Positions 19,667 through 32,768 of a stretch of DNA of 64,000 bases are shown one piece after another (position 1 is the stretch's first letter; each line of letters begins with the position of its first letter). Below the pieces are notes generated by a model. That model did no database searches. It had not been told where the DNA came from and saw nothing but the letters and a program-made list of their open reading frames with translations. The DNA is taken from contig CP075495.1 of NCBI GenBank assembly GCA_021613535.1, forward strand, positions 1,922,001 to 1,986,000, read 5' to 3'. The DNA comes from Adineta vaga (Eukaryota; Animalia; Rotifera). A program made the position numbers and the translations under genes.

Positions 19667-20451
19667 GTTGATCATCATTGATGCAAATAACTGGTGTCTT
19701 GAAATTTTTCTTCGCTATTTAAACTTATTTTCAAATTCAAATCGTATATATTATCCACCTCGTTGTTTTTGTACAAAATATTTGTTAGTAATGTTTATTA
19801 ATTCAATATTGATAAGAAAAATAAAATAGATTTACTCATTTAAATCAATATTCATCCTTCATATTTCAACGAAAATGAAGAAGGTGGTTGTAGGTCATGT
19901 CAATGTTTGCGAATAAAATCAAATAATAGTTTGATTAAATCTTTATTTTTATTAACGTCATGATAATTATTTCATAATATTGATTGATCTTTTCATATAT
20001 TCATTCGATAGTTATAACGATATCGAATGAATTTATGTATTTAGAGATTATATACAAACGTTACGACTTTGTTCAAAGTCATCAAACAAATGAAATTCTT
20101 TATTTTGTATATCATTACAGGTCATTATAATGAATCTCTTCAATCAACAACGATCCGACACAAATTAAGTAAAGAGATAAGAAGTAAACGTGTTTTTTCT
20201 TCTTTCTATCGAAAGCCTATTTTCGTCAACGTGGGTGTTAATCGATATAAACATCTGACATTCATTCTCATCATATATTCAATCAGTGCATATCATAGAA
20301 AATGAATTAGATATTTGATGACAAGACAATGTAGTCTCATACGATCAATGCAAATAACATTTGGTAAAATTTCGCATCATTCTCAATTTATATATTTTAT
20401 CGAATATTAAATTGCAATAATCCACTTCATTTCAATTGAAATATTATAATC

Positions 20452-21123
20452 ATGAAATCGTCCACTGCCATCATTGCTCTCGTTACTTTTGTTACCATTG
20501 GTTATACTGTTGGATTTCCATCAGAATTAACACGTCCAGCTAATTATGAAGTCGATGTATTTCCCGAGGTTTGTTTTTATTCTTGGTTTTGAAAAAAAAA
20601 GCAAAAATATTTAAAGTTAACTTTATTGAATTCTAGTCACGCAACTTCTTTCAACAAGTATGTAGATATAAGTTTTAATAAAAAAAAGAACATCTATAAT
20701 TCTTTATCTTTCATATAGCTTCTCATTAATCAAATTGTTAATGTTCTTCCAGTAAATCTTCGTGAAAAAATCGATTCAACTGCACTTTTATTTGGTATGG
20801 TTCGTCATGACTTTCTTCTTCGATGTTTAAAAGAATTACAAGCATTTCAAACTTATTCGAAAATTGATTTTATTACAGCTATACAAAAAACAATTAAATT
20901 CGTTGAAGCAGAAGTTACTTCTGAACAAGAAGAAGAATTAAAACAAATTGAAGATGATGGTATTAAATTAGCCACTTTATTATTTGAAAATAAATTACAA
21001 GCAGGTGAATTAAATAATATTTATGATTTAATTGTTAAAGTTGTTCGAAAACAAACTGATGGACAAGGATTAGCTGATGAATTACCAAAAGCTATTCGAG
21101 ACATTTTGGCTCAACATCCTTAA
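20452..21123 (+). CDS. Secreted, predicted helical protein of unknown function (~180 aa)
   Basis: Exons 20452-20568 (signal peptide MKSSTAIIALVTFVTIGYTVG), 20637-20657 (21-nt micro-exon SRNFFQQ) and 20719-21123, which is in frame with the ORF at 20797. AATAAA repeats follow at ~21195. Confidence 0.8.
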
Positions 21124-21376
21124 ATAGATGTTTTTCTTTTTAATCAATAAGAATATATTCTTACAGAATTCATCTACTTTTCTTTGGATTATAATAAATA
21201 AATAAATAAATAAAAATCAATTTGAATAGTTATTATTAATCTGTTATTTAATAGAATAAATTATAGAATATAATCAACAAATAAAGTTTAACTTTAACAA
21301 TCTTTGAATACACACACATACATATACACGAAAGAAAAGAAATTTTTACTAAACTTAAAAAAAAATCATCTGATAA

Positions 21377-21994
21377 TTAATGTGCTAAATAATCTTCGAG
21401 AATATTTGCTATATTTGCTTCATCAAATGATTGCAGTTCGTCATTGTTTTCAATTTCCATCCAACCATAGATTGGATCTTCATCATCGATATAATAACGT
21501 CCATTTTCACATCTCAATGGTTGTCGACGAGCATAATTACCTGGCCAATAATGATGTAAATTATTTTGTTCAGCTATATAAACATAATCTGATGTAACAT
21601 CAGTTATAATAGCAACATGACCATAAGGATTTTTTGGACAACGAATATAGATTAGTAATGAATCTATTTTTGGTGCTTCGAAAGAACCATTTGGAACAGG
21701 ACGTAATCGAAAATATCGACCATCAGTAACTCGTTCAATGTGTGGAACATCAGCCCATATGTTACATGCACATGGAATATCTCGAAATGTACAACTTTTA
21801 CGAATTAATAACCATCGACGAGCAAATTCTACACATTGCCATTGATAACCAGTGAAAATGCCATAATGATAATGACGACCACCACCACCACGACAGCTAC
21901 TTGTCCGTTTATTTGAATATGCATGAACATTTGAAGAAGCGGTTCCTTCAATTTCATTCAATGGAACATATTTACTAACTTGACGTGACATCAT
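21377..21994 (-). CDS. Stand-alone CHAP amidase related to the glutathionylspermidine/trypanothione synthetase-amidase amidase domain
   Basis: GYQWQCVEFARRWL (catalytic Cys), PNGS..P, YGHVAIITDV (His), IAEQN (Glu), PIYGWM. Likely start MMSRQ at 21994 after a 5'UTR intron (~22003-22150). Confidence 0.9.
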   Translation of the reverse strand: MMSRQVSKYVPLNEIEGTASSNVHAYSNKRTSSCRGGGGRHYHYGIFTGYQWQCVEFARRWLLIRKSCTFRDIPCACNIWADVPHIERVTDGRYFRLRPVPNGSFEAPKIDSLLIYIRCPKNPYGHVAIITDVTSDYVYIAEQNNLHHYWPGNYARRQPLRCENGRYYIDDEDPIYGWMEIENNDELQSFDEANIANILEDYLAH

Positions 21995-22785
21995 GTATAA
22001 TCCTATGAAAAGAAAAGAAATAAATAGTATAGGCATGTGGGGTATAACACGCTAGCTTATTGATAAAATCAATTTCCTGTTTGAATAGTTTCCTAGTTTT
22101 ATAATATTCTCAATCATAAGTAAATGAAATGACTGTAAAGAATATCTTACCAATCTTTCAATCAGAAGTATTTCAGTGTAACTGATGATAAGAAATCTTC
22201 TGTCGAATGACTCAACATATACATTATATAACTGTCTAAGTACAACTATATAAATAGCCGCATCCAGTAGTATTTATTACTAATTCCATTCAAGATGTTT
22301 AATAGAGAGGTCGCTTCGTGACAGCTCAGATTTGCCTACACTATTTTTGCTTGGCATACATTAAGAACCGATCATATGAATATATTACAATTAGAATCGG
22401 ATAAATGCTTTTCTAGCTGCAATTTCCAGATATTATACTGAATAATACGTTCTTCTTTCATAGCAAAATTATCTAGTTCAGTAAAGTAACAATGTTCTTA
22501 TACTTATTGAACTAAAATCTCTTTCAAAAAAGACCTTTTGTAATTTTCTTTCCGAAGAATGATAGTGTCTTTATAAGCTAAAACTACCAAATCTGTGATT
22601 AAAATAAACTTCTTGTGTTCTCTATCGTTTTGAGTACGTTCTTTTCTTTTCTCTTCTACTTCACGTTGTAATGACAACAAACGTTTTTTTCGTTACTAAA
22701 CACTCTAACCAATGAATTCAATTCTATCGACAAAAAAATAAAGTAGAATAAACTTTTCTAGTTATATATTCTAAAAAGAAAGCAG

Positions 22786-23655
22786 ATGTCATTAGATAAA
22801 TTAGATTATGAAACATTAATTGCTAAAACAGAAAATGACGAATTAGAAGAACTTGCAGATGTTTATCATCAATTAGGACGTCTTTCTGTAAATATTAATC
22901 GTGCGATTTCATTCTATAAACGATCAATTGAAATTAATCTTGATTACAAACCAACAGATTATGATCTTCTTTATATAACTTATATTAATCTTGCTATTCT
23001 TCTTACTAAACGTAATGATTATGATGAAGCATTGAAATATTATCGACGTGCATTAAATCTTGATTTTCGTGAACGTGAATCGAATCAATTACGAATTGCA
23101 AATCGTTACAATCAAATCGGTGTAATATTAAAACTTCAAAAGAATTATAAAGAAGCATTGAAATATTTTCATGATGCATTACACATTCAAATAAATATCA
23201 TTTCATCCGATGATCTTATTTTGATTCCAACATATCACAATCTTAGTTCTACATATTGTTTAATACAAGATTATACTTCATCAATTGATTATTATGAAAA
23301 ATCTTTGCAAATTATCAAAGAAAATCTTCCTCAACAACGTTCATTATTAGCCTATACATATAATAAACTTGGAACAATTTTTTGTTTTATAAAAGATTAT
23401 AATAAAGCTTATTCATGTCAAAAGAAAGCATTGGAAATACAAATAGATATGGTTTCATCTGATCATCATCCATCATTAGCTACAAGACATTTTAATATGG
23501 CTGTATCATTAGAAGGTTTAAAACGATTTCAAGAATCTATAGATCATATAACACAAGCTATTGACATCTTACAACAAAGAACATCAGGCATTCATCAACG
23601 TAAAATATCACGTTATCAAAAATATCTTGACATTCTACGTAACTTAAATGATTGA
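22786..23655 (+). CDS. Intronless tetratricopeptide-repeat protein
   Basis: About six ~42-aa-spaced TPRs (YINLAILL..RNDYDEALKYYRRAL, YNQIGVIL..QKNYKEALKYFHDAL, HPSLATRHFNMA). Confidence 0.88.
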   Translation: MSLDKLDYETLIAKTENDELEELADVYHQLGRLSVNINRAISFYKRSIEINLDYKPTDYDLLYITYINLAILLTKRNDYDEALKYYRRALNLDFRERESNQLRIANRYNQIGVILKLQKNYKEALKYFHDALHIQINIISSDDLILIPTYHNLSSTYCLIQDYTSSIDYYEKSLQIIKENLPQQRSLLAYTYNKLGTIFCFIKDYNKAYSCQKKALEIQIDMVSSDHHPSLATRHFNMAVSLEGLKRFQESIDHITQAIDILQQRTSGIHQRKISRYQKYLDILRNLND

Positions 23656-24605
23656 TTTAATAATAAATAGAAAGGAAAGAAAACATTCATCATTTCGCTT
23701 TTTTTCTCTCCCTATCAAGATATTCTTATCATTTTGACAATTAATATCTATCTACTAACAAAATAAACATGTCAATAATAATCTGATATACTTCTTATTG
23801 ATTTCACTGAAAAAGGTAGACAAATCACAGATCGTTCTCTTTTCCGAAAATACTTATGTGATCACGAGATCTTTGGAACTAGACTGATTAGCTCAACATT
23901 AATATTAATAGCACGTCAATTGACAAGCACGTCAATAGAAATACAGATTCATCCTATCAGAGAGTTCATAGTTTTCTTCAGGCTAAGAATATATTTTGTA
24001 TCTAGAATATTATTAATATGGATGCGAAAGAACATTTAGCAATAAAATAATTCATCAAGAGTATCGAATAACTACTAAGGTACGTAAGAATAGATATAAT
24101 TAAAAAGATTATTGTTGACTAGGAAACAAATATAATTTGATTTTCTTATGCTAAACTTTTGATAAGAAGATAGATATGTAAATAAAGAAATTTAGGATGT
24201 ATGAAGAGATATTATATTGACAGAGTAACGTAAATAATAACGATTGTTAAAGTAAACTTCGTCGGCAGATGATAAGAACACTTGAATCGAAAAGGCCTAG
24301 AACGTAATATTTTCTGCCTATTAATGAGAATTTAATAATGAACTATAAATATTATGGAAGATAAATATATAGATAAGACGACATTGAAGTTTAATCAAAA
24401 GAGTGTTGGAAAATAAATGAAGGAAATAGGATGCATTAATGTAAATTTATTTAACATGTTGATGTCTGTCGAGATAGAATATTGTTTAAGAAATCCTCAA
24501 ATATTAGTCATCGTATTGGAAGTGTGCTATGAACATTTGAGAGGAAAAGAATGATGTGATTTGATACGATAAGTTCCCTTATCTTCTTTAGATTGATTAA
24601 TCTCT

Positions 24606-26318
24606 ATGATGGGCTGTTCACATTCAAAATCCATTGGACCTGCTGCTATTTTACCAATTGAACCTGAATCTCGTTCTAAATCTGCAAAATATCGTTCAAT
24701 TTCTCCTCTTGAAAAATCTGATCGTATTGTTGAAGATTGTATGATTATTTGGGTTGTTAATGATTCTTCTAAAGACATAGAATCTGAAAAGGCGAAATTA
24801 CGTCAAATCATTTCAACGATAATAACATTTACTGATCGTGATCAATGTGTGGCATATATAACTAATATTCGTATTGAAAAAGTCTTTCTTATTGTTCCAT
24901 CAATGGAATCATTTCTTGATTCAATTCGAACATCAACTCAACTGGAAAAAACTTACATTTTTAATGAAAACAATATCGAAACAATGACGTCATCGAATAC
25001 ATTCTCTCATATTGATAATCTTTGTAAACAATTAACAATCGATGTTGAATTATGTGGACTTGATCTTTTAGTTCTTACGAGTTCAACATCATTGACATCG
25101 AATGATACAACATCTTCCATTGTAAAGAAACAAGAAGCAGCATTTCTCTATACTCAACTTATTCGTGAAATTGTCTATCGATTAAAATTCGAAAATAATG
25201 CTAAAAGTGAATTCGTTCACTTCTGTCGAATACATTATGCCAATAATCCCGAACAATTACAGATGATCGATGATTTCGAAGCAAATTATCGTCCACAAAA
25301 AGCACTTCGGTGGTTAACACGTCAATGTTTTCTTTGGCGTGTTTTACAACGTACACAACGTTCAATGGAAGTTGATATTCTTTATAAATTAGGTTTTCTT
25401 GTTAAACATGCTCATACACAAATGACAATTTTTCAAGAAAATAACGCAATTATGAATGAAACACATTCAATTGTCTATCGAGGAAAAACAATGTTCAATG
25501 AAAAATTTAATACGTTAATTAAATATAATTGTCATGGTCTTCTTTCGTTTGGAAACTTTTTTATCGGTCATATGAATAAACAAATCGAAATTGATTTTAT
25601 TCAACGACGTCTTACTGCATTTCCTCATGCAACTGGTGTTCTTTTTCAAATACATATTAATCCAACTACTCATAGTACACGAAGTCCATTTGCATCGTTG
25701 GATAGAATTTATGGTGATGAAAATATTGAAAATAATGGCATTCTATTTGGTTTGAATACTGTTTTTCGTATTGATTCGATTGATACATTAGAAAATACGT
25801 TATGGCATGTGAAATTAACTTTAATGTCTGATGATGATCCACAATTGCTTCGTATTGTTGCACCATTACGAAGTAGTGAAGTTCATGCTAATCCTCTTTC
25901 GTACATGGGTAAATTATTTATGGATATGGAAGAATATGCACATGCTGAACAATTCTTTCTTGCAATGTTACAAGATGCATCTGTTCAAAGTCAACCACGT
26001 CGTCTTGTACGTGTACATAATGGTCTTGCAGCTAATTATATGCTCAAAGGTGATTATATGAAAGCATTAGAACAATCTCAACAAGCATTAAATGTTAGTT
26101 TAAGTTATTTACCATCTCGACATACCGATCTTGCTGTTCTATATGATGCAATCGGTAAAAGTTATTTTCATTTAGGTGATTATATAAAAGCCGTTGAAAA
26201 CTATGAACAAGCTGTCGATTTAACTATAATCAATCCTCAATCAAGCAATGATCAATATATTTCTGATTTAAATATTCGAATAAATAGTGTCAAGAAATTA
26301 CTTAATAAAAACTATTGA
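24606..26318 (+). CDS. ADP-ribosyltransferase-like domain plus TPR protein with N-terminal lipidation motif
   Basis: MGCSHSKS start; ART-like core (ALRWLTRQCFLWRVL, IVYRGK, GLLSFGNFF, GVLFQI, GILFGLNTVFRI); three C-terminal TPRs; single coding exon. Confidence 0.82.
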   Translation: MMGCSHSKSIGPAAILPIEPESRSKSAKYRSISPLEKSDRIVEDCMIIWVVNDSSKDIESEKAKLRQIISTIITFTDRDQCVAYITNIRIEKVFLIVPSMESFLDSIRTSTQLEKTYIFNENNIETMTSSNTFSHIDNLCKQLTIDVELCGLDLLVLTSSTSLTSNDTTSSIVKKQEAAFLYTQLIREIVYRLKFENNAKSEFVHFCRIHYANNPEQLQMIDDFEANYRPQKALRWLTRQCFLWRVLQRTQRSMEVDILYKLGFLVKHAHTQMTIFQENNAIMNETHSIVYRGKTMFNEKFNTLIKYNCHGLLSFGNFFIGHMNKQIEIDFIQRRLTAFPHATGVLFQIHINPTTHSTRSPFASLDRIYGDENIENNGILFGLNTVFRIDSIDTLENTLWHVKLTLMSDDDPQLLRIVAPLRSSEVHANPLSYMGKLFMDMEEYAHAEQFFLAMLQDASVQSQPRRLVRVHNGLAANYMLKGDYMKALEQSQQALNVSLSYLPSRHTDLAVLYDAIGKSYFHLGDYIKAVENYEQAVDLTIINPQSSNDQYISDLNIRINSVKKLLNKNY

Positions 26319-29300
26319 TTTGTGTTTTTTCTTATCGAGAATGTACATCATTAGTTATGTGTCGTTCATTTTTCTTTTTCTTTTCTTTTAGAATAAAAAC
26401 AACTATCGATATGAGTTATTTACGCTTTAAAGAGAGATGTCGAATTCAAATATAAGTGGAGATTTCAAAAACAAATCTTAACATAAAATTAATTCTTAAG
26501 GAAGACACGTTTTAGTTGTACGTACCTCGATTTCATATTCGGACATAGATATATTTGTATATGTGAGTTAGAATAAAAAACAAAATCCATTCCTATTTTC
26601 ATAGTATAAGTACATAGAAATGCGCTATAAATGTATCAAATTAAAACGACATCTACTCTTACATTATCTTCACGTTATAACAAATAGCTGAACCTTCATT
26701 TATATTCTAACTAATATTTGACAACGCATGAATCACCATGCTGATCGAAAACGATAAAACAAATTGGTATATATAAATAGAATATACTTTCTTTATTAAA
26801 AAGTATGTGAAAAAAAAACTTGATAAGCTTTATTTGACATTAAGATTAGCAAAATCCAACTACAAATGCCATAAATAGATAATATTTCTATATAATCGTT
26901 CGTTAGAAATGTTCTTGTATTTAATAATAAACAAGATTTTACTTAAAATACTGGATTTTCTTTCGATAGATTAAATATTATTGTGTTCTTCTTGGCAAAG
27001 AACTATTTTTGTTAAGTTTATTTATGTACATAAATCTTAAACATGTTTCCTGCACTGATAAAAGAACAATGTATCATTTGTATTCATAAAAACGATAATT
27101 AACTTTCTTTTCTTTCAAGTACATCAATGTGTCTCCATGCGCGTACCCATTTGAATACCCTAAAGTTTTTCGGTACTCGAAAATAAATGCATTATTCATA
27201 TGCTTTTATCACATCTGTTTTTTTCCTCCTCGTTAGACTGTTATTAAAATGAAAGTTACAATATGTGTGTTGCTACTATGCATTCATGTATAATGTAAAT
27301 TTGGCAATTGTTATTTTTCTTTTTGCTTAAATGACGCAGATTGATAAAAGTGATTTCTGAAGGAAAAGATCTAAGTTTGTAAAAAAAACAATAAGTATAG
27401 TTGCGATTGAACAAAAGAAATCTTATTACGAATGAGAAGTATTTTCAGAAGTATGTCTGCGCTTGTTGAAAGATACTTTAGTCGATATGTTTTCACTCAA
27501 TATATTCTCTAAGTGAGAAAAGTACTTTGGTGATATGCTCAACAATCGTTTTAAATAAGATTGATTTGACTGTTATATTCGATTTAGGATATTTCATCTT
27601 ATTATGTCCGTTTCAATAATTTCTTTCTTTGGATTTACAAGTGTTGAAAGATTATGTTCATCTATCAGCTGGAAAATGTCAAGTTTCACAATGATTTCTA
27701 AGTAAAAAAAAGAACTCTTCATTACTTACCTAGTTTCATCATCATTTTTAGAGTTTTTTCTTCTTCAAAGATAATAATTTTTTGTTTCTCTTTACGTTTT
27801 GTACCTGTGCGTGATATATTCAATTTAATCAAGTGTAAAAGCTCATTTTGAAGGATTCTCTTTTGTTTAAAATAAGTAAAACTTCATTTTCATCTGTAAA
27901 CATTAATGACTTGTCAAATATAGGTTTTGGCTCAAATTATATTTCTTTCAAGTTTCATTATGGTAGGTGTTAGAAAATGTGTTTCTTTTTCTAATTCTAT
28001 ATATAGATGTTCTAGGAACTACTCTTTTCAAACAAATGACGTCAAATATAGTTGATGATAATTGACTTGTATTATGATTAATGACATCTCTTCGGGACAC
28101 TTTAATTATATATCATTGATAGTGAGACGTACATGAACGATAACGATATCAAAGGAAGTGACATAGTGTTGTTTTTTTCTGAAGAATTATTTCTATTTGA
28201 GTTGTTAATCAAAAAGCATTAGTTGAGAAAAGTCCTTCATGTCAAACTTCGATGCAAATTGTGTTGATTTGATTGATGTTCTCCATGATTTATTCATATG
28301 AATATTAATAACTTGTATCTTTGGGATTTCTTTTTCATGAAAATAAAAAGGCGTTTCTGAAGATTCTGATGATATTTCAAAGAGAATTCTTATTCGAAGT
28401 AATAAATTGTAGACATTTATGTTGTCAGCAATCGAGACCTCTCCGTAGAAAAAAAAACGCTTTTTCATGTATGAATGAATGTTTTTCTTTAATATGAAAC
28501 AGACTTATGTCCTTCAGACAAGTTCCAGTGCATTTCTTCTCTACTTCTAATCTATTCTTGAGTGAATATGCACCAGAACACTCGATTTGTCAGAAATAAT
28601 GTACTCCCCTCGATTCTTAAACAAACGTTAGATAATGGATCAGTTGTAAAGACCAGAAAAATGAACGATTTACTTTGACAATATTTATGATTTGAGTTTA
28701 TTAAAATCAACATAAATTAAACTTGAAGATAAGATTTACTCATGTATAATAAGGAAATACTTTGATGTTTAGTAGGAGATACATTAAGGAAATGATTGTC
28801 ATGACAGTTTTTTTCAAATAATGCGAATATCAAGAGTAGAAGAAACGGAAACAGAACCGATAGACAACATCATCAAATGTATTTTGTTCCGTTTCAAGCA
28901 TATTATTTTCACTTAATAATCTTCGAAAAAACTGACATAAATGTAGACACTAATTTCTCAAGTATTATCTCTGATGTTAATGACTATAATTTACAAAAAT
29001 GTAAATTATTTCTGTTACAAAAATGACCTAGTTTATCTTCTATATTCGAAATAAAAACCTACTGATAATAAATTTTTATTTTTAACATATTTTATTAAAA
29101 TCATTATTTAAATATATTACGTTTGATAGATTATAAGAACATTGCATGTCACATAATACTAACTACTTTAAATAATGTGATAAAGATTGAGAAGGCTATT
29201 TATTGTACTATAGTTTGTTTTAATTAAAAGAATTACTAGAAGGTCAATGAATAATATTTGACTATGTGAAGGTAAGAAATTCTCAGAAGTATTGTTTGAG

Positions 29301-29696
29301 CATGACGAACAATTCTGTTATCTGTAAATCTTTTTATTAAATAGAAATGATGTTTAACACGCGAGATTAGAAGACAAAGACATAAAAACTGATGATGTTT
29401 ATCTGTTTATGACGGAGAAAAAGATTAGATGGAGGAGAAAAATATCCATGCGAGATACAATGAAACAATATTGTAGATATATCAGGATGAAGAGTTCATT
29501 ATAAATTTAGAGTCAACACAAAATATCACATCTACTACGATAAAAATAGCTCTGCTTGCCGTTCGTAAGAGAAAAACGAGAGAAAGGAGCGAAAACTAGT
29601 GTTTTTTCTTCTTCTTCTTTTTTTCCCTTTTTTTTCCTCTTTCTTTTCATCATTTTCCTACTTGACCAAGTCATCTATCATATTCATTCACAATAG

Positions 29697-32104
29697 ATGA
29701 TGTCGAATCAAAATAATAATCTCTCATCTAACACAACTGTTCCATTCATCACATTTCCATCGCAAAATATCAATATAACATATTATTTTATTCCAATCTA
29801 TGCTATATTATTTTGTATTGGTACATTTGGTAATGGTTTAGTTTTCATCAGTATTATTCGTTCATCTCGTCTTCGTACTGTCACAAATACCTATTTATTA
29901 CATATAGCAATAGCAGATTTTTTATTATTGTTGAGCATTCCATTTCTTATTGTGACTATATTTGCCAACGGATGGATATTCGGAAATGTTCTATGTAAAA
30001 TGTATTATAATTTTATTCATATTAATCAATATGTTAGTTCGTTATTATTAGCAGCTTTATCATTTGATCGTTATCTTGCTGTTTGTCATCCGATTCGAGC
30101 GATTGAGTTTCGTACGCGGACTAAATCAGCATTAATTATCGGGGGTAAGTAAAAAAAAGCAAACAGCATTTGTTACTATAATCGAACTTGCTGCTTCTCT
30201 CTTTGCCTATCAAAGGTTGTTGGCTTATCTCAATTCTTTTTCTATGTCCAACATGGGTATTTGCTAGAGTAGCATCCGAACAACGTATTCTTTGGTATGG
30301 ATATCAAGTGCAGAGGTGAGGTTCTTATCTTTCGAAGCATGAACTAGATCTCATAACTATTTATAGAATGAGGAAATGCACTGTAAATACAGAAATGAAA
30401 TCTTGTAAAAGAGAAAAACATGGTTAATTACATCCTCTACTATTCTGACTTTGTATTAAAATCATTTCGTTCTAATGTTTGAGAATAGAATAGATGTATT
30501 CAAATGTGCCGACAATTGCATGATTAAATTCATAGCAGAAATTTTCACAAAAAGAAATCATCAGCATAACAAATTAAATGAGAATTATATGTAATTATCA
30601 AAGAAATAAAAGCAAATACTCGAGTACTAAAAAATTGATTGTCTAAGCTTTCTTATACAGGAAAGAAGGTGTTGACGTTAACTGATTTAGATTTATTTAT
30701 AGATGTTTAATTATCCTAAGCAATAGTTCTATGAGAAAAATAAAGACATTATTAGTAAATCTTCATGTATTAAATGAGAACATGTTTAATCGTAATAGTC
30801 TGACAAGAATTGAATTGAACGACAATGAAGAAATATTATGAGAATATGATCATCTTATTTCATGTAACATTATCTTTTTGCCCTATAAATATGACGTGAA
30901 TAGAATCATGCATTTTAATCTTCCTTTTTATGAGTGCAAATACCTAGAATATTCTCTAATTGCAACATGTGATGCATAGTATGGCATCTTTTTATGATGT
31001 CAAACATGGAAAATGCTTAGAGAAAAAAAAGAAGACATGAAATTTCATTTTTGCCTTAGATGGAACATGTCATCCCAAAAAATCTTGTATAGAAATAAGT
31101 GAAGTGAAATAGGAATGCCTCTGACATCTTGTTGATTTGAGTGGATATATTATCTTTTGTATTGAAGGAAATCCTATATGTTGATAAGATTCTCTATAGA
31201 TAGAAATTTCTTTAGATGTGTGATTGATTTCCCGGCAATTATATTTACAATTCCACCTGAAATTGTTTTTACTTATTATGGCTTTTTAATTGGCTTTCTT
31301 TTTCCCGTATCAATGATAACTACATTTTATATTCTTGTTCTTATACGTCTTCATCATATACGTCGAAAACATCAATCTGAATTGAAACAACGTTCACATC
31401 GAAAAGTTACACGTGTTGTTCTTGCTGTTATAACTGCTTATTTTATTTGTTGGGTACCCTATTGGTTTCTTCAAATTTTCATTACGATTGATCCGTTAAT
31501 TCAATCATTAAATTTCAAATTTTCTATTTTTCCCTCCAATTCAAGTATGCGTTTTCTAAAAGAATTAACACATTTAACAACAATTATTGGCTATGCAAAT
31601 AATTGTCTCAATCCTGTTCTCTATGTTTTCCTTTCGGATACATTTCGTGAGGAATATCTTATTGTTCTCAATTGTTTTCATTTTAATCAAAGAACACATG
31701 AAAATATTATTCATAACGATATTATTGAACGATATGGAAAAAAATCAAAACAAACTCAACGAACACCAAGTGTTCTGAAAAAACGTCGAGAGATAGCAAT
31801 GAAAAAAGTCAAACATAGTGTTTTTATGGATGACATACCTTCAGAATATCGTTCATTTACATTTGGTTTTCATCGTTCAAATGGAGAAGCAGTACGTTGT
31901 TCATCTTCATCTATACCACCACCAGTTAGTGAAAACGATGAAATTTCATCATCTCGAAAAACGTTAACAAGTCGACAAGTATGTTTCAGTAATAAACTAA
32001 CTAATCAATCTCCTACAATGAGATTAAATAGGAGAACATCAAATAATTCGGCTCATCTTTCAACATCAATCATAGATGATGGTGGTGTTTATTGTGGTGA
32101 TTAA
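29697..32104 (+). CDS. Neuropeptide GPCR, somatostatin/allatostatin-C receptor-like
   Basis: Exons 29697-30144, 30216-30315, 31216-32104. GN (TM1), LRTVTNTYLLHIAIADFL, WIFGNVLCK, SFDRYLAVCHP, RSHRKVTRVVLAVITAYFICWVPYW, YANNCLNPVLYVFLSDTFR. Confidence 0.9.
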
Positions 32105-32768
32105 ATTTTTCAAAAAAAAAAGAAATTGTTCATCTTTGTTTATGTTTTTTTCTTTCTCTCCCTATAATACATCGTATCAAAGACTTGTAATCGATGACAT
32201 GAAATCATTCGTTTTTCAAACATCTATTTGCCTATAAAAACGAGAATAGTTCTTGTTTGCTTGATGAAAAAAAAGGTAATTTTGAACGAATATTTCTTCC
32301 TCTAATTATACAATAAATGTTAATGTCTAACTTTATCTATCCATTGCAATCCTTGATATATAAAGTAACAATTAAAACATGTTCAAATGATAATTATTTC
32401 CGTTGATATAGTAATACGCACCTCCTAGAGTGCTCAGTATTCAAATGAAAACAAAAGAAAAGAACAATAGTGAAGAAAGATAATAGTTAGTATGCGATGC
32501 AAAAGTTTATTGTTATAAAAAAAAAAGAGCGAAATAGGAAAACTGATCTTGTTCATATCATACTCATTCATTTTGTTTTCACTTAGTGTCTGTTTTTAAT
32601 AAGCACGGGTGTTAAAAGAAAGAAGAAAAAAAACGGTATAATGATAATAACAATAACAAACAACAACAACAAGAGAAAAAAAAACATTTTCCTACAGAAC
32701 AAACCACACATGCAAACAATTATGTTGAGAATTAATGTTTTCTTTTTTTTTGATGTTCTGTTTTTCGA

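Noticed and set aside
28205-28468. 87-aa minus ORF with ILFEI..PF..EKEI, faintly ART-like
   Set aside because: Too short and no supporting flanking motifs; cannot be told from chance.
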